From positions 252,402,001 to 252,466,000 of the forward strand of contig OZ024743.1 of NCBI GenBank assembly GCA_964016885.1: a stretch of DNA of 64,000 bases, read 5' to 3'. The translations under genes were made by a program, and so were the position numbers. This document shows, one piece after another, positions 25,131 to 38,850 of this stretch (the stretch's first letter is position 1; each line of letters begins with the position of its first letter). The notes under the pieces are model-generated. The model worked only from the letters and a program-made list of their open reading frames with translations, searched no databases and was not told the origin of the DNA. Source of the stretch: Eledone cirrhosa. Lineage: Eukaryota.

Positions 25131-26298
25131 TGGATTGCGTTTGGAGGGCGGGAGCGGTGGGGCGCGGGGGGGGGGGGGGGGTTATGTTAGCCATCCTGGG
25201 CCGAAACAAGGAGGAGTGCTTGCATTCTCGTCCACGAGGTGAATTTGGCTTTATCTTTGGCATTGTCGCTGAGCGTCCACATTTTTCTCTCTTCAACTCT
25301 CCAGAATTCCGTAGTCCATCCATCATATCGAAAAGCAACCAGTTAAGCGATAGTATGGGCCTCTGACTTATGATTGGTCCACGTAATAATGGTGGTGCGT
25401 GGGGGCGGGAGGGAGGGATGATGGGTTGTTAGCGAGAATGTAAGGTTTAAGATAAGATCGCCGTATTTTGGGCATAATTTAACAATAAACGAAAATACAA
25501 GATTTGTTTTGTTTAAGAAAATACGATAGAGAAAATGCGGTGATAGGGAAAATATGATTTTTAGAGAAAAGATATGATATAGAATGGTGAAAATATGATA
25601 TAGTGTGAAATTAGGACATAGAAGTGATTGAATGAATGGGTTCGAATGGAGAGAAGAATCGAGAAAAAATTGGGCATAATTTAACAATAATAAACGAAAA
25701 TACAAGATTTACATACATACATAATTTGTGATATTATAAAACCAGAAGAACATACATAAATACATACGTAATTTGTGAAATTATAAAACCAGAAGAACAT
25801 ACATTCATACATATACGTACATATACACACATATTCCAATTCCCTCCATATATATATGCACCTCCCACACACCAGCTCCCAGTTCATATCATATTGTAAA
25901 TGTGGTTGGTGTTAGGAAGAGCATCCACCCGTACAAACCTAACCAGAAACAGTTCTTTATGAGCAAGACATCTGATTTGGCTTGTCTCACATCAGGAAAA
26001 CCCATCTAACCTATGCTAGCATGGAGAAATGGTCATTAAACAGTGATGATTATGATGATGATGATGATGATTCATAAATGCATACTGACACATATATATT
26101 TACATATACATACATACATACATGCATATAAATACACAGATGCAGAGGGAGAAAGAAAATAAAACATTAACATTCATTATAAATTGTTTCAAAGCAATAT
26201 GAGATCATTAATCACAAAGATTTAGTTCATTTCTTATGAAATAAATATATAAACACAGACACACACACACATGTATATATATATATATATATGTGTGT

Positions 26299-26631
26299 CA
26301 TCATCATCATCATTTAAGGTCCGCTTTTTTTTTGCAAGGGTGGGACGGGAACTGATTCTGGCTTGATTTCTACAGCTGGATGCCCTTCCTAACACCAACC
26401 TCATTTACAGTGATGCTGGGTGCTTTTTTGCCGTGGCACCTCCACGACCACTTTGCAGTGGAATTATAGGGACCCCAGTCCCTATCATCTCATTTCTACA
26501 GCTGAGTAAACTGGAGCAATGTGAAATAAAGTGTCTTGCTCAAGTAAACAACACATCACCCGGTCTGAGAATTGAACTCACAACCTTTCGATTTCCAGGC
26601 CAATGTTCTAACCACTAAGCCATATGCCTCC
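26299..26631 (-). mobile_element. Full-length tRNA-derived SINE with RTE-type 3' tail
   Basis: A box TGGCTTAGTGG, B box GTTCAATTC, TTGAGCAAGACACTT core, GGTTGGTGTTAGGAAGGGCATCCAGCTGTAGAAA shared with the RTE 3' UTR, (GAT)n end. Related copies at 53843-54155 (+) and 28205-28472 (+). Confidence 0.85.
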
Positions 26632-26639
26632 ATATATAT

Positions 26640-28120
26640 AAAATAAAATAAAATAAAATAAATAAGTCAAATGTTTAAAATTTGACTTCGTTTATTACTG
26701 CTATATATATATTTCGGTGACAGCCATCTTTGGTTGTGACCTCTTCAGGCAGTCCGAATTAGTGTGGTAGAGACGAGTACACATGTTGTTGAGGTGTTTA
26801 GCTTTGTCAATACTCTCATATGCCCAGTTCCTGGTTTGGTTGTTGTTTTATTGAGGAACTGGAATCATATGAATTTAAACAAACGAATTTCAGTGTCAAA
26901 GGACATCTTCTCCTCTCATTGGTCAGTTGTGAGAACATTCCTCAGTCAGAATTCTATAGAAATTCATTCTGAGACAAGGCCATCTGTAGTGGTTTTTCTT
27001 GTTATTGCTAAGTACATCTAACCTCTACTCTTATGTTGGTAGTGGTGTTGGTGTTAGAGTCAGCTCAAAAAGATGATAAAGTGGTAGAAGGAATAAGGTG
27101 GTAAAGGAACCAAATAAAATAATCAAATAAAATGTGTGTGTGTTATACCCAATCTTATTGTCATAAACATTTGTAAGTTCCCTCCTCCCATTGGTCAGTT
27201 TTGAGAGCATTCCTCAGTCAAATGTCTATAGAAATTCTTTCTGATGTGAGGTTCCCTGTAGTGTTTGTTTTTGCTATTGTTAAGTACATCTGACCTCTAC
27301 CCTTAATTTGGTAGTGTTGTTGGTGTTTTGGTCAGCCTATGTCTTGCTGCTGCTGACATTTATAAGCATTTGTGTTTGTTTCTTCACCCATCCTGCCACC
27401 ATCCCTCGTGGTGGTGGTGGGGGGAGGGGAGGTCTGCCGTGTATATGAAGAAATAGAAGGCAATAAAATGAAGAAGACAGAAAATAAATAATAAATAATA
27501 AATAGAAAATAAATGAAAAATTAATTAATGAAAAATGAAAGATGAGAAATGAAAAATGAAAATGGAAATTGAAATATGAGAATGGAAAGTGGAAAATAGA
27601 AGTGAAGATTCAAATAAAATAAAATGTGTGTGTGCTATAACCAATCTCAGGGTCAGAAAGATGTTGGATAAAATGGTAGGAGGAACAAGATGGTAAAAGA
27701 ATAAAACGAAATAAGATAATTAAATAAAAAGTGTGTGTTATAACCATTCTCAACTTAAATACAAGGCAATACGGTGAAGAAAACAAAACAAATGAAAAAT
27801 CAATAAAAAAATCAAGTAAATAAAATGTGTGTGTGTTATAAAGATGTTGGCCAAATTAGAAAGGCTGTGTCAGAATCAATCTCTAGGCTATCATGGTGTC
27901 TGCTCAGCCTGGGTGGGTCCCTATGGCTTGAGGGGAGTTCCCAACCTATGGTGTTGTTACTGCCCATATAGCTTGAGGGAGGTCTGGCCGAGAGGTGTCT
28001 ACATGTTCTGGAGAAGTCCCTAAAGCTTGAGGCGAGTTCACATCTCAGTGTGTTGCTACTGTCCATATAGCTTGAGGAAGGTCCCGGTCCTGAGGTGTCT
28101 GCATGTCCCGAAGAAGTCAG
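26640..28120 (-). mobile_element. 5'-truncated copy of the PLE family at 42390-47208
   Basis: Collinear with 42491-43860, including the ORF end (TDFFGTCRHLRTGTFLKLYGQ) and the hammerhead. Confidence 0.88.
26697..26753 (-). ncRNA. Type-I hammerhead ribozyme, intact core
   Basis: ACTGC CTGAAGA GG...CC GAAA TATATATATA GCAGT. Confidence 0.78.
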
Positions 28121-28473
28121 TTATATATGCGTCACGCAGTAATACAGAGTACCCGACCTCCCATGGGTACAAGCTGAAGCATATAGACAATATGCCCCCA
28201 CACCCTCCCACTGCAAGGTGGTCGTGGAGGTGCCACGGCAAAAAGGCACCCAGCCAACACTGTAAAGTGGACGTGTAGGCGCCACGGAAAAAGCACCCAG
28301 CACTCACTGTAAATGAGGTTGGTGTTAGGAAGGGCATCCAGCTGTAGAAATCAAGCCAAAATCAGTTCCTGTATGAGCAAGGCATGGTCAGCCGATCAGA
28401 CACTGCCCACAACAGGACAACCCGTCTAACCCATGCTAGCATGGAAGAACGGACGTAAAACGGTGATGATGAT

Positions 28474-28538
28474 GAGAGAGAGAGAGAGGGGAGAGAGAGA
28501 GAGAGAGAAAGTGAGAGAGAGAAAGAAAGAGAGAGAGA

Positions 28539-28589
<51 letters not shown>
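28474..28589. repeat. (GA)n microsatellite
   Basis: Directly visible. Confidence 0.95.
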
Positions 28590-28593
<4 letters not shown>

Positions 28594-28719
28594 TAACTGA
28601 GCAGCAATAATATTAATTGGGTGTTTACTGACAGAAAGACAAAATACAAGAAAAGAATTTTCAGCAAAAAATTTTTTCATTTAATAAACATGAAGAAAAC
28701 AGAATTAATTACTGTTTAA

Positions 28720-29434
28720 CCCAATTATACCAGGGGCTGCGGCTCTCAGTGTCCCCCTTGTAACTCTTTTCTTGTGACTTTTCCTAAAACTTATCCCTGT
28801 AAATGCTCACATAATTGATTTTGCAAAAAATTTGACTGTTGAAAGGCCACATAAAATGATATTTCTTTGGTTTTTCTGATTACAAAATTTGATTATACAG
28901 TGTTTGTAACCAAAACAACATCACCAAACAACATTACGAATCTAATGTATGTGTTTTGAGTTGCATGCAATGATTGCTATGGTAACCATGTAGTTATCAT
29001 GGCAACAATTTTTTAATTCCATTTTACAAAATTTGTGACATTGTATTGTTGTTGTTTCATTTAATAGAAAACATTGTAAAGAGAAGGTGCATGATAGTAC
29101 CTATATGTATTATCTATATACCTGCAAAATTTCATAGTCGTAGTCTTAATGACTCTGGAAAATTTTGAGCACTAAAAAATTACTAAATTTTCAAAACTGA
29201 TGTCGTCATCAGAGAAATGATGACGTCAGCAACATTTTGGTAATGCAGCAATGTTTGCCTATCAATGTTCTTCTATATTTGTGACAAGTTTTATTGTCAT
29301 AGAATTAGTGATGCTGGAATAAAACAGGCAGGGTTGGGGGTAGGTGTTCTCAGAGCTCACCACTGCCACCACCGCCAGCTTACAGATCACCAGACTGGCT
29401 TACAGAGCCCCTAATACATCCAGGTTTTATAGGG
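28720..29434. mobile_element. Probable TTAA-specific (piggyBac-type) non-autonomous element, old
   Basis: TTAA|CCCAATTATACCAGG ... CCAGGTTTTATAGGG|TAAA; imperfect TIR (11/15). Confidence 0.5.
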
Positions 29435-29491
29435 TAAACACCACGTTATTATATGTGGATTATTATCATCATTATCACTATTTTTCTTGAT

Positions 29492-29650
29492 CTCATGGGT
29501 TGGATACGTTGAGAACAGACAGGTCATATGACCACACCTTGCTCACATGGGTTGGATACGTTGAGAACAGACAGGTCATATGACCACACCTTGCTCACAT
29601 AGGTTGGATACTTTGAGAACAGACAGGTCATATGACCACACCTTGCTCAG
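29492..29650. repeat. Three near-perfect 52-bp tandem units
   Basis: GGTTGGATACGTTGAGAACAGACAGGTCATATGACCACACCTTGCTCACAT; contains the palindrome GGTCATATGACC. Confidence 0.92.
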
Positions 29651-30176
29651 ATGTTTCATTTTTACATGTTTTTTTATGACTAGATAAAGTACCAGTAATG
29701 CACTGGGTAATTGCTGGCCTTGTGCTTAAAGTAGAAACAATTATTATTATTACTATTATTGATGTTGGCTCATTAGATTCTGAGTTCAAATCCCCCCCAA
29801 GGTTAACTTTGCCTTTCACTCTTATGGGGTCAATAAAATAAAATACCGGTAGTACACTGAGGTCGATTTAATCGTTTTGCCACCCCTAAAATTGTTGGCC
29901 TTGTGCTTAAATCAGAAACCATTACTATTATTGTTCTTGTTATTTCATTTAGTCTCTTATTTTCACTATATATCACCAGGTCCAACCAATGGCCCTAAGA
30001 TTATACAAGGTAGATGTAATTGCTTCAAGAACATCACCCTCTGTAATGTGCTGTTCTTAGGAAAGCTATTTTTTTTTTTTGTTCTTGTAGGGCAATGTGT
30101 CTTGGCATTTTGTTGGTGAATGTTTTCAGTCCATTTCGTTGATTGCTACATTTTCATCTATGGGGATATTATTAAT

Positions 30177-30222
<46 letters not shown>

Positions 30223-30234
30223 CACACACAATAA

Positions 30235-32065
30235 GGGTTATTTCGACAAACATGACCTCAGCAGCCTCTGCCTCACAAGACCAGAAAGAGGCAGACCACA
30301 TACCATTACTTCAATGGCCAAGATGACACACACAGAAATAAGGAGTGGGTAGACCAGAGACATATGGACCCCTGTAAACTATGATGAATTAAAGACAATG
30401 ATCGCACATGGGGTGGGGGCCAGTATAAAACTAACCCTTAAGGAACATGTTCAAGTTTAATGGCAAAGCATATCCCCAAGAGGAGGGGGCCAGCCATCGG
30501 CATTAGCATTGTAGGTGACATAGGTAAACTCTTTATGGTATGGTGGGACAGAAGACTTAAGGAGCAATTAGACGACAATTTTATAACCCTAACTATGTAC
30601 TCCCCCTACATAGATGACATAAATATCGTAGTGAAAACACCCCCACAGGAGAACAGTAAGGAATTAGAGAAGAACACCATGGAAAGCATCCAGCAAATAG
30701 CTTACTCCATCCACCAGAGTATTAAAGTTACTATAGATTACCCATACTAGGTACTGAACTTTGGTTAGAAACTATTAGTAATAGAGCGCAAAACCTCCAT
30801 TCGCATTATGCAAACCCATGACCTCCAAATACCTGATCCACTGAAATTCAGCTGTTTTGGATGACATAAAAATTAATACATTGATTGCGGACTTAGTAAG
30901 AGTGATGAGGAATGTGTCCCACATGTGCAACACTAAAGAATTAGAGAGACACATACAACACTTCATCCATCACATGCAGTTCTCTGATTACAATCAGAGA
31001 GACAAGATCAAGGTGTGTAAAAGAGCCAGGACCACATGGTCAAAGATTGTAGAAAATGATGATGTATAGGAGCAAATTTTGGAACAGAATAGAAAGGATT
31101 AGGAATAAGGCAAATAAAATCAACTCATGGTATGATAGCAATGACTATCAGAGTGTAATGTTCATTAATACAACAACTAGAGCTGAACTAGCTTACAGAT
31201 TTAGAAGGGCCCTAGACAAGCTCAAATTGAATATTAAATAGTTGAAAGACCAGGTATTCCCATAAAAACCCTAATTAATAAAACATACTCATTTCAAAGA
31301 ATCCCCTGCACTGATAGGAAATGCATAGTCTGCAAGCTAAGTCCACAAACTAACTGCAAAACTAGGAACGTAGTATATAGCATAAGATGTACTGGAATAA
31401 GAAGATATATAGGTGAAACAGACTGTAACATAGCAGAAAGGATAACTGAACACTGGCGAGAACTCCAGGATGGAAAAACTCATCAGTACTCCACCAACAT
31501 GCCAAAATGGAACATAGGGGAACATTAGAGAACATAGAGATAAACAAATATATCCACACACAGAAAAGATGCAATGCTCAGACAAATCACAGAGGCGACA
31601 AACATAAACAAACTTAAACCAAGATTAAACAGAAAACATGAGTGAAATAGCAACATCACAACTAGTAATGGCAAAATAGACTTACAGACACACACAAAAA
31701 CCAAACTAACAAAACAAATCAGACACACACAGATAGAACAAACAACCAGATAGTGACAAGTATATGAACACATAAAAAAAATAAAAACACACACCCGGAT
31801 GTAATGCATGTGCAAATTAAGCACACAACACACAAAAACAAGATGGTGTAGGACAGAAAAAAGGAAGGACACAAAATCAAAACCCAGTCACTGAGGAGGT
31901 CACATAATGTGTAATGAAAGAACTTTGATAATATATAAACAACTATCTGATTATTGAACCAACCAACTAACCAACCGAAAATTTATAATAAATTGAAGTG
32001 AAAACCAAGAGGTACCTGTGTTTTTATTGGCAACATGACCCTCCAAAAGTATAACAATACAGGTA
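30235..32065 (+). mobile_element. Decayed Penelope-like element (RT, C-terminal GIY-YIG, hammerhead)
   Basis: GPAIG, YIDDINI, KVTIDYP, CKTRNVVYSI, YIGET fragments. CTGAGGA...GAAA at 31891-31919. Flanked by microsatellites. Confidence 0.8.
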
Positions 32066-32072
32066 TATATAT

Positions 32073-32124
<52 letters not shown>

Positions 32125-32130
32125 GTATAC

Positions 32131-32215
<85 letters not shown>

Positions 32216-32253
32216 TATATAAATATATATATATATATGTATATATATATATG

Positions 32254-32320
<67 letters not shown>

Positions 32321-32324
<4 letters not shown>

Positions 32325-32497
32325 ATAAGAATCAGGATCCCGAAGGTTGAGTCCAGCCGTTTTGACAGCTAGATTTCGAAATGGCCGGAGCTCAGCCCAC
32401 GGGGTCCTGATTCTTTTCCTATTACCCACTCCTCTACCCTAAGTATCGAGTACTCTGGTGTGTTATGGTCCACCTGGCTTCTTACCACACTTTCTTT

Positions 32498-32499
<2 letters not shown>
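32321..32499 (+). mobile_element. Mini hairpin-plus-tail element between (TA)n runs
   Basis: Imperfect IR of about 45 bp (TAGGATAAGAATCAGGATCCC...GGGGTCCTGATTCTTTTCCTA) plus a tail homologous to 33748-33820. Confidence 0.78.
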
Positions 32500-32555
<56 letters not shown>

Positions 32556-32558
<3 letters not shown>

Positions 32559-33820
32559 AAAAGGTTCAGAGGACCCCAACGGCAGAGCTCAAGCTGTTTC
32601 AATGGCTATTTCTGGACTAAAATAAATTTTTAATGTGGTAATGATATACCCGAACTTTTCAAGGAGTAATTCCATTTATGGGCATGCAATAATCATGCAT
32701 TCCTGAAGATTGTAGTTATCAAAAGGATTGGTAGAAGTTTCTTATAAACACAGTTAAATCTTTCATGGCGGTGGGTAGGGGCTCAGGGGTGATTGAACTT
32801 GCCTGTAGAACAATGAGGGAGTGGGTGAAGCTGGTCAAGCATTGAAAGTAAGTTCTATACAGAAAATTATAAGGAGTGTGGGTGGATTAGGCTAGCTAGA
32901 AAGCAAGCAAAAATAGAATTTTACAGGAATCTGAAATCTGAAAATGGGAAATTATAAAACTAAAAAAGGACCAACTCCTAAACTAAAAAGATGAACTTGT
33001 AACCACATGTAAACACCGATTGCACATGTAAACCCCCTCATGACACGGGTGGGTAGGCAATGGCTGTAACATCTTTCTTTTTCCCACTTGCCGAACAAGA
33101 TAGGGGAAACCCCAACATACATAGGTAGATTTAATTCTTTTCTTTTTTCCCTTTATCTCTTCTTCTCACTTCCTTCCACTCCCTCTACTCTTCCTTTTCC
33201 TTTTTCCTTTTTCTCTTACCCTGAGGCAGCCCATCGGGCTTTTGTAGCCTCAGTACCCCCCACACCCCTGAATTCTATATAGCATTGGCTGAAAACGCAA
33301 CACCAGCTAAAAATATAGGAGCTGTTTTAAACTCTAGTTTTTTTAGTTTTATAATTTCCCATTTTCAGATTTCAGATTCCTGTATAATTCTATTTTTGCT
33401 TGCTTTCTTGCTAGCCTATTTCATCCATACTCCTTAGAATTTGTTGTATAGAACTTACTTTTAACGCTTGACTGGCTTCACCCACTCCCTCATTGTTCTA
33501 CAGGCAAGTTCAGCCAACCCCAACCCCCTACCCAATGCCATGAAAGACTTAACTGTCTTTACAAGAAACTTCAACCAATCATTTTGATAACTACAATCTT
33601 CAGAAATGCATGATTATTGCATGCCCATATATGGAATTACTCCTTGAAAAGTTTGGCTATATCATTACCAGCTAAAAATTTATTTTAGTCCAGAAATAGC
33701 CATCGAAACGACTTAAGCTCTGCCATCAGGGTCTTGAACCTTTTCCTACTCTACTACCCAAAGTATCGAGTACTCTGGTGCGTTATGGTCCACCTCGTTC
33801 CTTACCACACTTCCTTCATT
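32556..33820 (+). mobile_element. Large hairpin-plus-tail element (arms of about 410 bp)
   Basis: 32556-32970 is the diverged reverse complement of about 33335-33748. Tail 33748-33820; microsatellite flanks. Confidence 0.85.
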
Positions 33821-33847
33821 ATACACACACACACACATATATATATC

Positions 33848-33882
<35 letters not shown>

Positions 33883-34858
33883 GGATAGATGTGCTTCCAA
33901 ATAGTTTTTATCTACCAACAATATAATAGAAAACACTTGTCCAAGGTGGTACAACACAGTGGAGTCTGAAACACAAACCATATGTTTACAAAGCTCATTC
34001 CTTAACTACAAAGCCATGCCTTCACATACACTCTTGTTGAAATGAACAGGAAAAAGTTGTTCAAAACAAAAATAGATGATAAAAGTAGGAGGCCAACAGT
34101 ATGTCTTTCTATTGCATCATTTGATAGCACTTGAAGTATTCTGGATTTATTCCATGTTGATATAATAACTAGGAATGATAAACCTCCACTATTCAACGAG
34201 AAAACTTTCATTTCTGCAATATAAACTTGAGATTTCAAAACCCCTTGTTTTATGGACAAAGTAGGTTTTTTTATGGTGATATGAGTGATATGATGGTGTG
34301 GTGGTATGGCAATATAGTGGTGATATTTATGCCATTTCAATTCCTTCCATTCTTCCAAATGCAGAAAGCTTTTAATGCTTCCATATCATGTCATAATGTA
34401 AAAGAAGAACACATTTCTTCTCTGAAAACTTTTAACAAAAGCAAATATCTGAAGATTGTTTGAGATGCTTTGCGAAGTTCTTAATTCATTGTGAGATAAA
34501 ATAATAATAATGGTAATGATAATAATAATAATAATTGTGATGATGGTAATAATGGTGATGGGGATGATCATGATAATGTTGGTGATGATGGAGATGATAA
34601 TATAGCTATAGTGATGATGATAATAATAGTGATGGTGATGTAAATAATGACCATGTTTTACTGCTTTGGTTTTTAATCAAGAAATATTTCAAACATTTGT
34701 CTCGTAGAACATACTGATATAGAGAAAAGAAGAATAAAAACAGAATGAAGGAAAATAATGATTTAAAAGATTTTCCAAGTTATATATGTGTGAGTAGGTG
34801 CATGAGCACATGCATATATATATATGTGTGTGTGTGTGTGCGTGTGTATACAAATACT

Positions 34859-34889
<31 letters not shown>

Positions 34890-36239
34890 ATTTGTTTCCC
34901 AACCCTTGTTAGCAGGGAAAGCGAACGTTAAATGATGTTGTTGTTGATGATGTTATATATAATTTCCACCACATTTATTGTGTGAAAAAGAGGAGAAAAC
35001 ATCATAAATTATTATACTTCTACATGGCACAAGATGTGACGAGAACAGAGAAATCCTCACTTCATGGAATAATGTTTACAATATAACCATAAATGGAGAG
35101 AATACTATATATATAACTGAGTTTTACTTGGAATATAATGGATCTTTACTTTAGATATGTTGAGGTGACAAGAGATGATGTCAAAATTGAAATTCTATAT
35201 AGAGTATTAACTGAAAGGGAATACAAATGACATATTATGTATTATTCACTGAAATAAGGAGACATATCATAATGGAGACCAACATGCAGATAGATTTCAA
35301 GAGGTATTACCAAAAAACTGAAATGCATTAGAATCTATATAATTATTATCGTCATCATCATGGTCATCAGCATGGTCATCAGCATCATCATCATCATCAT
35401 CATCCTTGTGAACATTAATATTTAAGATTTGTTTTCCTTGCTAGCAGAGGTTGAACAGATACCCTTGTTGGAAGGGAGAGAGAACATTAAAACAATGATG
35501 AGAAGTTAGTAATTTAATCAACGCTACAGACCTCACAGGCAGCCAGGGACTGTATTTTCCTGGAATACATACATTACTAATAATTTACAGAGAGTACTAA
35601 ATATATTTTATCATAGCACCAACATTAGGGAGGTCATAATGTCTGACACAATCAAAGGGTTCTCTTGACCCTTTGTTTCACAGGTTTTCTATGGCTGGAT
35701 GCCATCCAATTAACACCCACTTTATTGAATGTATTGTGGGCATTTTATCATGGGACCAGATCTATGCAGGCTATCATGTCTTTGACACAACTGAAGATTC
35801 CTCTTGACATTATGTTTGGCATATTTTCCACCACTGGATGCTCTTTCTATCACTAACCTCTTTAGGGAGAGTACCAGGAGTGTTTTACCATGTCATCAGC
35901 ATGAGGGAGGTTGTTATGCCCTTGCTAACACTATACAAGAAAAGAACAAAATTAAATAGCAAACATTATTTTAGTAGTAGTAGTGGAGGTGGTGTTTTAA
36001 GTAACAGTTGTTGTTGTCGTAGTAGTAATTGCCTTACCTCCTCTGTTACGAATTGATTACAAAAACATTTTCCCTGATAGATAGGGGGATATATGTCTAA
36101 ATATGTATACTGCCAACACCAAAGGGTCTCTCTTTCTGAGTAAAGTGTAGGCTACAATGTGTGTGTATGGTCTGCAATGCTATATGGAAATGAAACATGA
36201 ATCTTGAAATAAACCATTTATGTGTAATGTTAGTATGTT

Positions 36240-36860
36240 GAACAACCTAGCATAAGTGAGCTGAGAGAAAAACCTGGCATAAGAGGAACTGAATGTAGTG
36301 TGTATGAGAAAAGATTGCATTGGTATAGACATGTGATGCAAATGGAAGATGACAACTATATAAAGAAATGCAGAGAAATCTCAGTGGATGGGATCTGTGG
36401 AAGAGGCAGACACAGAAAGATTTGGGAGAAGGTAGTGAAAACAAACATTAGGAACCAGAATTTCATGACATAGGTGAGAAATGACCACAAGAATTGGCAA
36501 GGTACTGTGTTTGGTAATCAAATTGGGACACTATAGCGTTTAAGGGAATGCTTTAGGCTGGCCAAGCATGTGATGACTTTTTTAGTACTAGTGCCATGGT
36601 AAAATGCACTCAGTTCATCCTGTAAATTGTTAATGTTGGTGCGTTGATAGAATATACCTAGTCAACTGTGTAAAATATAGTGGTGCTGGTATTGCAAAAA
36701 CAATGCATCCAGGTAGGAAGGGCTTTTATCCATAGAAACTATGACAAATATGTAATGTATGAGCAAGATGAGGTCACTCCAACATGTCTGGTCTCAGACT
36801 GTGACAACCCATCTAACATATGCTAGTGTGGAAAGTGGATCTAAAATGAGGATGGCAAAT
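36240..36860 (+). mobile_element. Decayed RTE 3' end
   Basis: Remnants of REK.GIRG...RLHWY.HVMQ...KCR and a UTR matching the RTE tail. Confidence 0.65.
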
Positions 36861-37654
36861 TATTTGGAATTGAATCCCTGTATGTATAACTTTTCAATTC
36901 CAATTACATATGGCAAGCCAACTTTGATATGTAAAATTGGGGGTTTGCTAAGTAATCTAATTATTTTGTGGATGAGGGAGCCCCCAAACCTGAAGTTATT
37001 CAAGGTATAAATCCAGCCCTGCATCCATGCCCCTCCATTATCAAACCTTACCTCTTCCCTCATCTAAAGTAAAGTTTTTTGTAGATCTCCTTACTATCAT
37101 GTCTTAGTAGCTATTCACTCCAACCCTGTTAACCTCAGACCCATCTATGTGCTCTCCACACAAATCACAACAGCACCCTCCATCCCCCCCACATATCTTC
37201 AGTACTCCCCTTGATGCTATCAACCACACCATCTATACCTCCACACTATCACCTCTTAACCTTTCTAGGCATCATTACATGGCCGTCTCATAATCCTGAA
37301 ACACCAGTGACTACTCGCTTGTGCTATCAGATGTTACCTCACCCCTTCTGTCCAGCATCCTTTCAAATCCAAACATATTTGCGATACATCCAAATTGACT
37401 GGTGATAAGAAGGGCACACCAGTGTAGAAACCATGCCAAAAAAGGTGGCAAAGATATGATGAACTCCCTTGTGCTGGTACCATGATAACATATACCCAGT
37501 ACTATCTTTAATGTGTGGGAAAGTATGAAAAGGAAATACAGCCTCCGGCCTGTTTGTGAGGTCAGTGGTTCTGATAAAGTACTGAATTAGTTTGTGATAA
37601 TCTGTCCAACACTTACTAGCAAGGAAAACAGAATTTAAATGAGGATTATATATA

Positions 37655-38800
37655 TCCAAACACATATATAAAACTGTAGTTGTCTGTGTGTGTGTCCTCA
37701 TTTTTGCAAAGTATAAACAAATCCACATTTCTACTCCGATTGACTTCAAACTTGCATTTATATATTGCTTGCGGTCTAAAGATATTAACTGCAGCTTTTA
37801 TTTTTCAATTTTCTGTTGTTAAAGGGGTGTTAGGCGCTGGTTATCGATCTCCGTCGCACCCTTATAATATATGTCTGTATGTCTGGCTGTCTGCATTACG
37901 GCATTATGACAAACATGGATGGTGTATTATTTTCGCTTTTTTCCATTCATTGCCAGGGAACGTCTTCACAAACCATAGTATCGTCTTCCTGTTTTCCTTC
38001 GGTTGCAACGTTTTTCGAAATATTTACTTCTGCGTTCACAGATTGACTTTTTTAATTTCAGAAGATCCCGTTAAGGGTGAAAGCAGTGATTCTTTGCTTA
38101 AACTTTAATCTGTTATTTTAATATATAATATAAGTGAGGCAAGCCATCCAGTTGCCACTTCTTGCCAATAAACATTAACCCTTTGTGCGCCATTCATCTA
38201 ACTGTAGACCAACAAATACTAACTAAATGGAGCGTTGACAAGAACAATGGCGAATGAATCTTCGAGGTAAGCAGTTTCCTCCCGAGCTGTTAGTTCACGT
38301 GGGATTCTCTGCTACACCTTTTCGTAATAATACCGAACAATGTACTGCTGGTCACTCCTTCCTCCAAAAGCCGTACAAAGCTGACATGTGCATCGAGCAG
38401 ATGGATTGGGTGCAAATCTACACCAGGCCTACATGAGAAATTCGCAAGGGACTGCACCGACAGGGATAGAGAGAAAGAGTGCGAATGAACTGTTGAGGTA
38501 AGTAGTCTACGCTATGACACTGAAACCTTCTGCCAACTTAACCTGTGAATTTCTCTTTCACATTTACTCCAATAGGCCAAAACAGAGGAGTATGAAAAGA
38601 AGGGGCTCGACAATATTTCTATGAACAATGCACGTAGACAGCTAAACTGTACTTTCAACTTCTTAATTTTCTCCAAATAAATCAAGACTCCTGTCGGTAT
38701 ATTTTTGTGAGATTTTAACAGGCACTCACAAATAAACGTTTCTCATTGGAGGTGCTATTACCAATGTTCTTTACCCGTGCAACGATGGGATAGACTGCTA

Positions 38801-38801
<1 letters not shown>
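37655..38801 (+). mobile_element. Probable non-autonomous Helitron
   Basis: 5' TC...ATATATAAAACTGTAGTTGTCTGT; 3' hairpin CCCGTGCAACGATGGG plus CTAG|T. Ends resemble 57035-58019. Confidence 0.6.

Positions 38802-38850
<49 letters not shown>

Larger units (their letters stand above)
21580..25749 (-). mobile_element. Near full-length RTE-clade LINE with (GAT)n tail
   Basis: APE plus RT ORF, 3' UTR with a duplicated block of about 110 bp, (GAT)n tail. Candidate low-complexity TSD ACATACATAAATACAT at 21564-21579 / 25750-25765; the 5' boundary is uncertain. Confidence 0.9.

Noticed and set aside
26560-26631. tRNA gene (also 9660-9731)
   Set aside because: A and B boxes are present but there is no convincing cloverleaf, and the sequence continues into a SINE body.
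29492-29650. CRISPR-like array
   Set aside because: Contiguous 52-bp units with no unique spacers, no cas genes, eukaryotic context.
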